This document shows positions 37,032-46,900 of a stretch of 64,000 nt of DNA, piece by piece. Under the pieces are notes generated by a model. The model was not told the DNA's origin. It saw only the letters and a program-made list of their open reading frames with translations, and ran no database searches. Origin of the DNA: Bacillota bacterium (GTDB taxonomy: Bacteria; Bacillota; Clostridia; TANB77; CAG-508); assembly GCA_963929915.1 (NCBI GenBank), contig CAWVJY010000002.1, positions 17,798 to 81,797 on the forward strand, given 5' to 3'. The translations under genes and the position numbers were made by a program. The number at the start of each line of letters is the position of its first letter. Within the stretch, counting starts at the first letter, position 1.

Positions 37032-38321
37032 CTTACCTCTCCTCAAAATCCAACCTTTTTCTGCGGGAATTGGTAGAGACATAAGGACTGTTTGTCCAGC
37101 TTTTCCTGGGTTTACTGTTGATATTTCTTTTCCAGTTTCTGTATCCCATAGTTCTTCAATTTCAAAAGAAACTGTTTCTATTTGGTTTGGTATTAGTATT
37201 TCCATTTTATCTCCAACAGTTAACTTATTTTTAATTTCTATTACATAAATATTGTCTTTATCTTCATCTTTGTTTTTTGCCATTGCATTTCCGCTTTTTG
37301 CAAGAGCATCCTCTTTTTTATAGGCTTCTAATACTTTTCCCCCAAATTCATAATTTGGATTATATTGTTTTCCTTCATATTCTTGAAAGTCTTTGTTGTT
37401 TCTATCATTAAAATAAAAGGTGGTTAATCCTCTTGTTTTTGTTTTTTCTAACTCTTTTAAGTATTTTGTTGCATCATAATTTTTTGGGTCTTTGGCATAA
37501 TCATCAATGGCATTGCGATAAGCATTTACAACAGATGCTAAATAATATTCTGTTTTTAGTCTTCCTTCTATTTTTAAACTATCGATTCCCATTTCTATAA
37601 TTTCTGGAATTTCTTTTATTAAACATAAATCTTTAGATGAAAAAATATAGGTACCTTTTTCGTCATATTCTACTGGCATTAAATTGCCTGGATTATTATG
37701 TTCTTCTACATAAACATTATATGCCCATCTACAACTTTGCGCACAATCTCCTAAGTTGGCACTTCTTCCTGCTAAAAAGTCACTTAAAAAACATCTTCCA
37801 GAATAGCCAAAACAAATGGCACCATGAACAAATATTTCTACTTCTAAGTCTTTTTCTTTGTTGTTCATAATTTCTCTTATTTGTTCCTTATTTAATTCTC
37901 TTCCTAGAATAACCCTAGATGCTCCATTTTTATGCCAAAAGTTAGCTGTATGGTAACTTACAATATTTGCTTGTGTACTAACATGAATTGGAACATCTGG
38001 TGCATATTGTTTTAAAATTTCCATTACTCCACCATCAGAGGCAATAATGGCATCTACTTTTAAGTCATTTAACATTTTGGCTTGTTTTTTTATTTCTTCA
38101 TAATAGCTATCCCAGGCATAAATATTAATAGCGGCATACACTTTTTTTCCAATACTGTGGGCATATTTAATTGTTTTTGCTAGTTCGTCATTGTCTACTT
38201 CTGCTCTACTTCTTAAGGACAATGTTCCTGTTCCGCAATAAACAGCATCTGCTCCATATAGGAATGCCGTTTTTGCTTTTTCAAAAGATCCTGCTGGTGC
38301 TAATAATTCTGGCTTTTTCAT
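37029..38321 (-). CDS. U32-family peptidase (PrtC/collagenase-like; RNA hydroxylation-type U32 family)
   Basis: MKKPELLAPAGSFEKAKTAFLYGADAVY...E.FVHGA.C..YSGRC.LS pattern of peptidase U32. Confidence 0.88.
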   Translation of the reverse strand: MKKPELLAPAGSFEKAKTAFLYGADAVYCGTGTLSLRSRAEVDNDELAKTIKYAHSIGKKVYAAINIYAWDSYYEEIKKQAKMLNDLKVDAIIASDGGVMEILKQYAPDVPIHVSTQANIVSYHTANFWHKNGASRVILGRELNKEQIREIMNNKEKDLEVEIFVHGAICFGYSGRCFLSDFLAGRSANLGDCAQSCRWAYNVYVEEHNNPGNLMPVEYDEKGTYIFSSKDLCLIKEIPEIIEMGIDSLKIEGRLKTEYYLASVVNAYRNAIDDYAKDPKNYDATKYLKELEKTKTRGLTTFYFNDRNNKDFQEYEGKQYNPNYEFGGKVLEAYKKEDALAKSGNAMAKNKDEDKDNIYVIEIKNKLTVGDKMEILIPNQIETVSFEIEELWDTETGKEISTVNPGKAGQTVLMSLPIPAEKGWILRRGK

Positions 38322-38481
38322 TTTTTTATTTTTATCTCCTTGTTTTACTTTTTATAAATTTTTTCATTTATTTTTGTTTTTCATTTTATACTTATTACTT
38401 TTTTCATCTCATTTTATGTGATATCATAATCCAATATTTTTGAAACAATTTTATTTTTTTCATTTTTCTAGTACTATTAAA

Positions 38482-39285
38482 TTAAAATCCTATTTCTCCA
38501 TAATCCATTTCTTCTTTTTGTGAATCATCATATTGATATTCTTCTAATACTCTTTGTTGTAAATCTAAAATTCTTTCTCTTTCTGTTAAGTTTATATTAG
38601 GATAAACTGGCTCTAGTACTTTAGCATAAATACATTTCTTTTTCTTATACAAACTAAAGATACCTTCTGGTTCTTCAAATTGATAGAAAATAGGAACAAT
38701 AGGTACATTTGCTTCTACTGCTAATTGAAACGCACCTTTTTTGAATTCTCTTATTTTTTCATAATAAGGCCATAATGCTCCTTCTGGATAGAAATGTACT
38801 GTTTTCCCTTCTTTTAGAGCTTGCTTAATTTCTTGTTTCCATCTCACTTTTTGTGATTGTTTATTAGGAATTGGTACTGCATATAAAAGTCTTATTAAAT
38901 GTCTAATAACTGGTATTTTAAAATTGCTTGCTAAACTAGTAAAGTAAGTTCTGCAAGGAAAATTTACTAATGCATTCATAGTACAATCCATTGGATGAAT
39001 ATGATTAGAAATGGTAACTTTGCCATTTTCCACTTTTCGCATATTTTCTTTATTTTCTATTCTAAAACCAAATAACACTTTATTTAATATCCAAACAACA
39101 GGTGTAAAAACATGAAATACCAAATTAGAAAACAAATTAAAAATGTTATTTTTGCAAATAAATTGGTAATTATCTTTTATTTCAAATTTTAGAGGCTCCC
39201 ACATATGAAAAACTTGGGTATCCCCTTTTAAATTATCATATTTTGTTTTTTCATATTCTAATTCGTCATATTTTACTTCTTTCAT
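38482..39285 (-). CDS. lysophospholipid/glycerolipid acyltransferase (PlsC family)
   Basis: HX4D motif NHIHPMDC and FYPEGALW (PEG) motif. Confidence 0.75.
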   Translation of the reverse strand: MKEVKYDELEYEKTKYDNLKGDTQVFHMWEPLKFEIKDNYQFICKNNIFNLFSNLVFHVFTPVVWILNKVLFGFRIENKENMRKVENGKVTISNHIHPMDCTMNALVNFPCRTYFTSLASNFKIPVIRHLIRLLYAVPIPNKQSQKVRWKQEIKQALKEGKTVHFYPEGALWPYYEKIREFKKGAFQLAVEANVPIVPIFYQFEEPEGIFSLYKKKKCIYAKVLEPVYPNINLTERERILDLQQRVLEEYQYDDSQKEEMDYGEIGF

Positions 39286-39435
39286 TCCTTTATTTTCCTT
39301 TTCTTTTTCTATTTTCTTTGCAATTCTATTTTGTGTTTCGCCTTTGATTTTCTTTTGTTTTTTCTTTGTAATATACTGTATTTCAGTTGCTACCTCTTTA
39401 TATTCTATTATTTTAGTAAATTAATATGTCTTATT

Positions 39436-40566
39436 TTATTTACTTCTTTCTTCTATTTCCTCTTGAAACATTTCTTCCATCTTTTTCATACTTTTTTCTA
39501 TTTTAAAGTTTTCTGCAAATTTTGCATACTCTTTTTCTTGTTTTTTCTTTTCTTCTACATTATCTAGCCAATAATCAATTTTTTGCGTTAAATCTGTGCT
39601 ATTTCCTGCTTCAAAAAGACTTCTTTCATCTAAAGCAAATTGTTTAGTTGCAGATTGGTCACTTTTAGCAATAATAGGCACTAAGCCTGTAGCAATTGCT
39701 TCTATACATGAAATTGCTTCTATTTCTGCGTCTGAAGTATGTATATATAAGTCGGTATAGCTTAGCAATTTCTTTAGTTCTTCTTTGGTATAAAATGCCA
39801 TAATAGGTTTATTTTGTAGTGTTTCGCTTAATTTAGCATAATGCTTTTTCATTGGTCCATTACCTGCAAAAACAAGTTGTATTTTATCTGCATATTTAGA
39901 TTGTTTAGCAGCTTCTATTAATAAATCTTGTCTCTTTTCACCAGATAGTCTTCCTACCATAGTAATGACAATTTTATCTTTTAACTCTTCTGGTTTTTCT
40001 GATTTTTTATAAACCCAGTCTGATTCAATTCCATTAGAAATCACATGCATTTTGGCTGTGTAACCATGTTTGATTAATTCATCTGCAATTAGCTTACTAG
40101 GACAATGAATATGATGAAATCTATTAAAAAATTTATCTCTAAACAGAAAATAAATTTGGTCATTAATTTTAGTTTGCTTTCCTAACCCAATAGAGTAAGT
40201 AATATTTTCTGGTTGTACATGGAAGGCAGTAGTTCTTGGTTTATTTAGTTCTTCACATATCTTAAGTCCTTTACTAGATAATAAAAAAGGCATATAAAAA
40301 TGTACTACTTCTGCCCACTCTATTGCTTTTCTTAATTTTTCTTCATCTGGCTTTGCAAATTCCATACCTTGTGATTTTACAATTTTATTAGCAATAGGTG
40401 GTAATTTAAATTCTTTTACTGTATATTTATCTTTTTCTTCTTTACCTGTACTAATAACTCTTACTTCATTTCCATCTTTTCTTAAGTTTTCTACAAATCT
40501 TCTTGCTGAAATGGTAGTTCCATTATTTGCTCCATCATACTGGTCTATTACAACTAGTATTTTCAT
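39436..40566 (-). CDS. GT4-family (GT-B) glycosyltransferase, glycolipid-synthase-like
   Basis: MKILVVIDQYDGANNGTTISARRF N-terminus. C-terminal EAISCIEAIATGLVPII (E-x7-E type). Confidence 0.8.
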   Translation of the reverse strand: MKILVVIDQYDGANNGTTISARRFVENLRKDGNEVRVISTGKEEKDKYTVKEFKLPPIANKIVKSQGMEFAKPDEEKLRKAIEWAEVVHFYMPFLLSSKGLKICEELNKPRTTAFHVQPENITYSIGLGKQTKINDQIYFLFRDKFFNRFHHIHCPSKLIADELIKHGYTAKMHVISNGIESDWVYKKSEKPEELKDKIVITMVGRLSGEKRQDLLIEAAKQSKYADKIQLVFAGNGPMKKHYAKLSETLQNKPIMAFYTKEELKKLLSYTDLYIHTSDAEIEAISCIEAIATGLVPIIAKSDQSATKQFALDERSLFEAGNSTDLTQKIDYWLDNVEEKKKQEKEYAKFAENFKIEKSMKKMEEMFQEEIEERSK

Positions 40567-40685
40567 TTTTTATTCAATTCCTTTCCATAACTATATTTCG
40601 TAAGGATTTCACTTATGTAAAAAGTTTTGTAGTTTTGTTTTCTATAAAATTATATCATATTTTTATTATTTTGACTACTACTTTT

Positions 40686-40785
40686 TGTCAATGGGGACGG
40701 AGAATTTTGACAACTTTTGAATTAAGATTTAATAAAAATAAATATTTTTTAAAAAAGTTGTCAAAATTCTCCGTCCCCATTGACA
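40686..40785. repeat. 100-bp palindrome made of two inverted type A GGGGACGG repeats
   Basis: TGTCAATGGGGACGGAGAATTTTGACAACTTTT (40686-40718) is the exact reverse complement of AAAAGTTGTCAAAATTCTCCGTCCCCATTGACA (40753-40785). The spacer is AT-rich, 34 nt. Lies between divergent genes. Confidence 0.9.
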
Positions 40786-40881
40786 CTTTCTTAAGACTCT
40801 CTTAAGAAGTAAAGTTATATATTTACTTTTTTTTCATAATTTGATAAGATATGTTTTAGAAAAAAATGAGGGTGTTTATAT

Positions 40882-41520
40882 ATGTTAGATTCTATAGATA
40901 ACAAAAATTTAAATAGTGAAAGTTTAAAAAATGAAGAAGTACTAGATAATATGGTAGTAGCAGATACAATCGAAATTTCCAAAAGCAAAAAAAAGCTTAA
41001 ATTAAATAGATTTCAGCTTTTTATCTTATATTTTTTCTTATTTGCTTTTATTGGTTGGCTAATGGAAACTGTATATGCTATTTTTACTTTAGGGCATTTT
41101 GTAAAAAGAGGTTTTCTATTTGGTCCTATTTGTCCTATTTATGGCTATGGTGCTTTAATGCTTATTTATTTTTTAGGTAGATATAGAAAAAATAATTTGA
41201 AGTTATTCTTTTATGCTGCTATTCTTTTTTCTGCTTTTGAGTATGTAACAAGTTATGTGTTAGATGCGCTTTTTGGTATGCATTGGTGGGATTATTCTAA
41301 TGATTACTTTAATTTAAATGGTCGTATTACTCTTTCTTTTTCTATTGCTTGGGGCATTATTGCTATTTTATTTGTTAACCATGTATATCCATTCTTTAAA
41401 AAGAAATTAAATATTATATTAGCCAAAATTTCTTACAAAGTAAAAACTTGCATAATTTATATACTTTCCTCTGTTTTTGTAATTGATACCATTGCTTCTT
41501 GTATTAAATATTTGCTATAA
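40882..41520 (+). CDS. integral membrane protein (putative ABC-transporter type IV / PF06541-like)
   Basis: GWLMETVYAIFTLGHFVKRGFLFGPICPIYGYGALM motif. Multi-TM. Confidence 0.6.
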   Translation: MLDSIDNKNLNSESLKNEEVLDNMVVADTIEISKSKKKLKLNRFQLFILYFFLFAFIGWLMETVYAIFTLGHFVKRGFLFGPICPIYGYGALMLIYFLGRYRKNNLKLFFYAAILFSAFEYVTSYVLDALFGMHWWDYSNDYFNLNGRITLSFSIAWGIIAILFVNHVYPFFKKKLNIILAKISYKVKTCIIYILSSVFVIDTIASCIKYLL

Positions 41521-42100
41521 CTTTTGTTATAGCAAGACCATCTCCTACTTCTAATATCTGTGTTTCAAGATTTGGATTTTGTGTAATTTCTGCAATATAT
41601 TCTCGCAGGTTTCTTACTGCAGTACGTTGTTTATGTTTATTATAATCACTCATTACATATCCTTTATACAAGACATTATCTGCAATAATAGTTCCACCTG
41701 GTTTTATCATTCTTAAAGCCTCTTTTAAAAAGAAAGGGTACTTTCCTTTTGCAGCATCTATAAACACCACATCATATTGTTCTTGTAAAGTAGGTAATAT
41801 TTCTACTGCATCCCCTTCATAGATTTGGATTTTATCTTCCACTTCTACTTTTTTGATATTTTCTCTTGCTTCAGATGCTCTAGCAGAATCTCGTTCAATA
41901 GTATCTATTTTTCCATCATTTGCTAAATAGCTTGAAAAGCAGATGGCTGAATAGCCAACTGCCGTTCCTATTTCTAAAATTCTTTTCGGTTTTATTTTAC
42001 TTAAAATATTTGCCACTACTTCTAGAGTGTCATCCATAATAATAGGAATGTGCTCTTCTAAAGCTTTTTGTTTTATTTTTTCTAGCTCTATTACATTCAT
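41504..42100 (-). CDS. class I SAM-dependent O-methyltransferase (family 3, YrrM/TrmR-like)
   Basis: ILEIGTAVGYSAI (SAM motif I), DVVFIDAAKGKY, GGTIIADNVL. Confidence 0.8.
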   Translation of the reverse strand: MNVIELEKIKQKALEEHIPIIMDDTLEVVANILSKIKPKRILEIGTAVGYSAICFSSYLANDGKIDTIERDSARASEARENIKKVEVEDKIQIYEGDAVEILPTLQEQYDVVFIDAAKGKYPFFLKEALRMIKPGGTIIADNVLYKGYVMSDYNKHKQRTAVRNLREYIAEITQNPNLETQILEVGDGLAITKVIANI

Positions 42101-42198
42101 CTATCTTCTTTCACTTTCTTATCTTTATTTTCATTTCTTGCTTTTTTACTATTTTATTTAACTTTTTATAATTACACATTTATTTTCAGTATTATTTT

Positions 42199-42582
42199 TT
42201 ATCTTTCTTCCTCTTCTTTTTTTTCTGGAATTTTAGTTCTACTCGTCCATGGAGATTTTGGTCGGTTTTCCCTATAATCGTTTTCTACCCATGCCTTAAA
42301 ATATGGAGAATATTTCTTAAATTCAGGTCTTTTACTTAAAGCAAAAATAACTTCTAATTTTGATTTTCCCTGTTCTTTCATTTCTCTAATAAGTTCATGT
42401 ACCTGTTGTCTTAATTTTGCATCTTGAACTACTAATGATTCTTTAAAAGATTGTTTTCTATTTTTTCTATCTTCTGTTTCTGCACAAGCATTTACATTCC
42501 ATCCACTTCTTTTAGTGGAAGAATGTAGTTGTTTTTTGATCCACTGGTTTGTATGTTCATTATCTTCAAAAGCTTTTGCCAT
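42199..42582 (-). CDS. hypothetical basic protein (127 aa)
   Basis: Uninterrupted ORF with typical codon usage. No family recognised. Confidence 0.5.
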   Translation of the reverse strand: MAKAFEDNEHTNQWIKKQLHSSTKRSGWNVNACAETEDRKNRKQSFKESLVVQDAKLRQQVHELIREMKEQGKSKLEVIFALSKRPEFKKYSPYFKAWVENDYRENRPKSPWTSRTKIPEKKEEEER

Positions 42583-42717
42583 TTATTTTTTAGCACCTTT
42601 CTTTCTTTTTCATTAAAAATCTATTTTTTATAGCACTCTGTTCTTTTAATTTTATTCGTTCCATCTTTTTTTAAGAAACATTTTTAAAATAGAAATATTT
42701 TTTGCATCTTAAATTTC

Positions 42718-44547
42718 TTACTCTGCTGTAGTTCTTCTTGCCATTCTTTCTCTTGTTTTGTTATCTAATATTTTCTTTCTTAAACGAATATTTTTTGGAG
42801 TTACTTCTACTAGTTCATCTTCTGCAATAAATTCTATTGCTTTTTCTAATGACATTTGAATTGGTGGTACTAAGCGAAGTGCATCATCTGAACCAGAAGC
42901 TCTTGTATTTGTTAAATGTTTTTCTTTACATACATTAATAGAAATATCTTCATTTCTAGAATTGATTCCAACAATCATTCCTTCATATACTTCTACACCT
43001 GGACCTATTAAAAGTTCTCCTCTTTCTTGTGCATTATATAATCCATAAGTAATAGAAGTTCCTTGTTCAAAAGCTACTAATACACCTCTTGTTCTAGATT
43101 GAATTTCACCTTTATATGGTTCATAGGAATCAAAAATACTATTCATAGTACCTTCGCCTTTGGTATCTGTTAAAAATTCTGTACGGTAGCCTATTAGTCC
43201 TCTTGCAGGAATTTTAAACTCTACTTTTGTATGTCCTACTTCTGCAGGTTCCATATTAATCATTTCTGCTTTTCTTCTGCCTAGTTTTTCAATAACATTG
43301 CCAATACAATCATCTGGTACATTTACTACTAATCTTTCCATTGGCTCACATTTTACGCCATCTATTTCTTTAAAAATAACCTTTGGACGAGAAACTAAAA
43401 GTTCAAAACCTTCTCTTCTCATGGTTTCTATTAAAATAGATAAGTGTAATTCTCCACGTCCAGAAACTTCAAAACTATCTGGAGTATCGGTTTCTTTTAC
43501 ACGTAAACTTACATTTCTTTCTAGTTCTTTAAATAATCTGTCTCTAATATGTCTAGAAGTAACAAATTGACCTTCTCTACCGGCAAATGGTCCATTATTT
43601 ACACTAAATGTCATAGATACTGTTGGCTCGTCTATATCTACAAATTCTATTTTTTCTGGATTGTTTGGATCACATACAGTTTCTCCAATATTAATGTCAG
43701 AAATACCAGAAATACAAACAATATCTCCTGCTCCCACTTCTTCTACTTCTACTCTTTTTAGGCCTTGATAGGTAAATAATTTTGCTATTTTTCCTTGTAC
43801 AATTTTATCGTCCTTTTTACAAACTGCTACATTCATGCCAGAAGTAATTTTTCCACGTTCAATTCTACCAATGGCAATCCTTCCTAGATAATCATCATAA
43901 TCAATATTAGAAACTAATAATTGCATGGTTCCATCCATATCACATTTTGGTGGCTGAATGGTGTTAATAATCGTATCAAAAATACAAGTTACATTATCAC
44001 TTTCATCTTCTAAATTCATTTTAGCAATTCCATTTTTAGCAGATGCATAAATAACTGGAAAATCTAGTTGGTCATCATTTGCATTTAGCTCAATAAATAG
44101 CTCTAGCACTTGGTCTACTACTTTTAATGGATTTGCACCTGGTCTATCTATTTTATTAATAACAACAATTGGTTTTAAATTTAAGGCTAGCGATTTTTTT
44201 AATACTTCTCTGGTTTGAGGCATTGGTCCTTCAAAAGCATCAACTAATAAAAGAACACCATCTACCATTTTAAGTACACGTTCTACTTCTCCACCAAAGT
44301 CTGCGTGACCTGGTGTATCTACAATATTAATTTTAATGCCATTATACATAACAGAGGTATTTTTAGAAAGAATGGTAATTCCTCTTTCTTTTTCAATATC
44401 TCCTGAGTCCATAATTCGTTCAGATACTTGTTCATTTTCTCTAAATACATGACTTTGTTTTAATAGTGCATCTACTAGTGTTGTTTTTCCATGGTCAACG
44501 TGTGCAATAATTGCTATGTTTCTAATGTTTTGATTATTCATTTTCAT
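42718..44547 (-). CDS. typA: translational GTPase TypA/BipA
   Basis: IRNIAIIAHVDHGKTTLVD, DTPGHADFGGEVER, NKID G-motifs. Size of about 609 aa and C-terminal domain are typical of BipA. Confidence 0.93.
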   Translation of the reverse strand: MKMNNQNIRNIAIIAHVDHGKTTLVDALLKQSHVFRENEQVSERIMDSGDIEKERGITILSKNTSVMYNGIKINIVDTPGHADFGGEVERVLKMVDGVLLLVDAFEGPMPQTREVLKKSLALNLKPIVVINKIDRPGANPLKVVDQVLELFIELNANDDQLDFPVIYASAKNGIAKMNLEDESDNVTCIFDTIINTIQPPKCDMDGTMQLLVSNIDYDDYLGRIAIGRIERGKITSGMNVAVCKKDDKIVQGKIAKLFTYQGLKRVEVEEVGAGDIVCISGISDINIGETVCDPNNPEKIEFVDIDEPTVSMTFSVNNGPFAGREGQFVTSRHIRDRLFKELERNVSLRVKETDTPDSFEVSGRGELHLSILIETMRREGFELLVSRPKVIFKEIDGVKCEPMERLVVNVPDDCIGNVIEKLGRRKAEMINMEPAEVGHTKVEFKIPARGLIGYRTEFLTDTKGEGTMNSIFDSYEPYKGEIQSRTRGVLVAFEQGTSITYGLYNAQERGELLIGPGVEVYEGMIVGINSRNEDISINVCKEKHLTNTRASGSDDALRLVPPIQMSLEKAIEFIAEDELVEVTPKNIRLRKKILDNKTRERMARRTTAE

Positions 44548-44788
44548 TACCCCTTACTTATATTAGTTTTATATTTTTCTTTATTTTTTTGCATTTTATT
44601 TTCATAAAATAACAATTTATCAGACCAGTTTAATTCTATATTCATAAATTAAATATTTACTCGAGTATTTACTGCAAAAAATATAGTGAAAAATTAAATA
44701 GTCACTATATTTTTTATTTTGATACTAATTTTATAAGTTATCATTTTTCGAAATTTTGTATCCTATTAATTAACATTATAATTATACT

Positions 44789-45377
44789 CTATATTTTTTC
44801 CTTTGTCAACATAATAATATTGTCCATAATCTCTTTACTTACCTTATCTAGTAACTCTTTTTCTGGTTTGTTCGTTTGATATTTGCTAAAATCTAAAGAT
44901 TTTCCATAATTTAGTTTTTACTTTATGAAATGGCTTCATTTCTCCTTGTATTCCTACTGGTATAACAGGTACTCCTGTTCTTAAAGCTAAAAAGGCAGCT
45001 CCATTTTGGGCTTTTCCATTTTTTTCTAACCCATGTCTTGTTCCTTCTGGAAATAACATTAGAATTTGTCCTTCTTTTAGAATTTTTAAAGAAAACTTCA
45101 TAGATTCTATATCCATTTTTCCTCTTTTTACAGGAAATACTGCACATTTTTTAGCAAACCATCTAATAAAATTATTTTTAAACAGTTCTTCTTTTGCCAT
45201 AATATAAAGTACCCTTTTGGTAGAAGCTACTAGAATTGGTGGGTCCCAGTTGGATTGATGATTAGCACACATGATGTAGGCACCTTCTTTTTTGATATTT
45301 TCTTCTCCTACTTTTTTTACTCTAAATACAATTTTGCAAAAGATATTAATTAAAAATTTAACAATTGGTCTTATCAT
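44789..45377 (-). CDS. plsC: 1-acyl-sn-glycerol-3-phosphate acyltransferase, frameshift in an A-run near 44918
   Basis: NHQSNWDP (HX4D) and FPEGTR motifs. The C-terminal LNYGKSLDFSKYQTNKPEKELLDKVSKEIMDNIIMLTKEKI is readable in the adjacent frame to the stop at 44789-44791. Confidence 0.8.
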
Positions 45378-45380
45378 TTA

Positions 45381-46868
45381 TTACTCTCCCATAACGTCCT
45401 TAATTTCTTGTTTTGCTGCATCTACTGAATCTGAATCCGGAATCATTACATATGAATAAATATTTCCTAAAGAATAGGTTGTTCTTGAAGCACCCGTTCC
45501 TGTTAGTGAATTTGTTTTAATTGTCCAAGAAGACATATTATTTAATTGATCTTTTACTAGGCTACTAATTTCATTTTGATTGATATTAGTTTGGAAATTA
45601 TCTTCTAAAGCATTTAAAATACTAGTATATTTAGTTAAAATTGTACTACTATTTAATACTTTTTTCATAATAGCTTCAATGACATGTTGCTGGTTTTTAA
45701 CTCTTTGATTATCTCCTGCAGCAAAAGATTGTCTTTCTCTACTAAATACTAAGGCTGCATCTCCATAAATGTAATTGTATCCTTGATTAAAATGATAATT
45801 TCCTCTTGTAAAATCGTAATCTGAATATACTTCAATACCACCTAAAGTATCTACTAACTCTACAACTGTCGAGAAATTAACTCTTACATAATAATTGATA
45901 TCAATATCTAATAAATCTTCTACAGTTGTTACAGTTTCATTAATACCATAAATACCAGAGTGAGTTAATTTGTCTTTTGCTTGTTTTCCATGTAGTGTAA
46001 CATAATAATCTCTTGGAATTGAAGTTAATAGTACTTCATGTGTATTAGTATTAATTGTTACAATAATGTTGGCATCACTTCTTCCTACATTTCTAATACT
46101 TCCAGAAGTATCTATTCCACTAATCATCACATTAAAGATTCCATTTTCTACAGTATATTTTGAATTGCTATTTCCTCCTGCAGTGCCTATCATCTTCTCT
46201 ATTTCATGTGTTGCAGTATAGATAATTTTAGTATCTGATTCAAAGTTTTCAATTTCTTCTGAAAGAATAGCATGTTGTGATGAACTAATAAATATAACGT
46301 CAATTTCTTCACTTAATAAGTTGTTTCCTAATCCTGTTAAACTATTTTGTGCTTCAAATTGTACATCCACTTTACTTTCTAATTCAGATTGTACATCATC
46401 TTCAATTTGGAAGAAATATACTGTTTCATCAGCAATGTCTTCTACACTATCATAAGAACTTGCTTTTCTGACTACTACATAATAGTCTTCTGTTTCTGCT
46501 CTTTCTTGGAATACATTACCTAAAAAATCAGATGTTGCTAATGTATAGTTTGTTACATAAATATAAATTCCTGAAAGTAATAATACAATAATAAAGCATA
46601 AAATTGTTAGTTTATAAGTTCTATGCTTTTTTACTAATCCTACTACCATTGCAAGAGTAAATACAATTTCAGCAATTGTAAAGATTGTTACATATAGACC
46701 TGGTAGCAAGTCCATTTTTAAAACGGAAATATAAAAGATAATGGTAATTACAACAAACGCAAATGCAATTAATTTAAAAAATATATCTAATTTGTTAGAT
46801 GTACTAGATTGTTTCTTTTTCTTTTTATAACTTTTTGGCTCTTCTGCCATTCTCCTTCCTTGACTCAT
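45381..46868 (-). CDS. LytR-CpsA-Psr (LCP) family glycopolymer ligase
   Basis: N-terminal TM region. LCP core FNVMISGIDTSG...RSDANIIVTINTNTHEVLLTSIPRDYYV. Confidence 0.85.
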   Translation of the reverse strand: MSQGRRMAEEPKSYKKKKKQSSTSNKLDIFFKLIAFAFVVITIIFYISVLKMDLLPGLYVTIFTIAEIVFTLAMVVGLVKKHRTYKLTILCFIIVLLLSGIYIYVTNYTLATSDFLGNVFQERAETEDYYVVVRKASSYDSVEDIADETVYFFQIEDDVQSELESKVDVQFEAQNSLTGLGNNLLSEEIDVIFISSSQHAILSEEIENFESDTKIIYTATHEIEKMIGTAGGNSNSKYTVENGIFNVMISGIDTSGSIRNVGRSDANIIVTINTNTHEVLLTSIPRDYYVTLHGKQAKDKLTHSGIYGINETVTTVEDLLDIDINYYVRVNFSTVVELVDTLGGIEVYSDYDFTRGNYHFNQGYNYIYGDAALVFSRERQSFAAGDNQRVKNQQHVIEAIMKKVLNSSTILTKYTSILNALEDNFQTNINQNEISSLVKDQLNNMSSWTIKTNSLTGTGASRTTYSLGNIYSYVMIPDSDSVDAAKQEIKDVMGE

Positions 46869-46900
46869 TTAGCTCCTCCTTTGAAATTTTGATATTCCTA

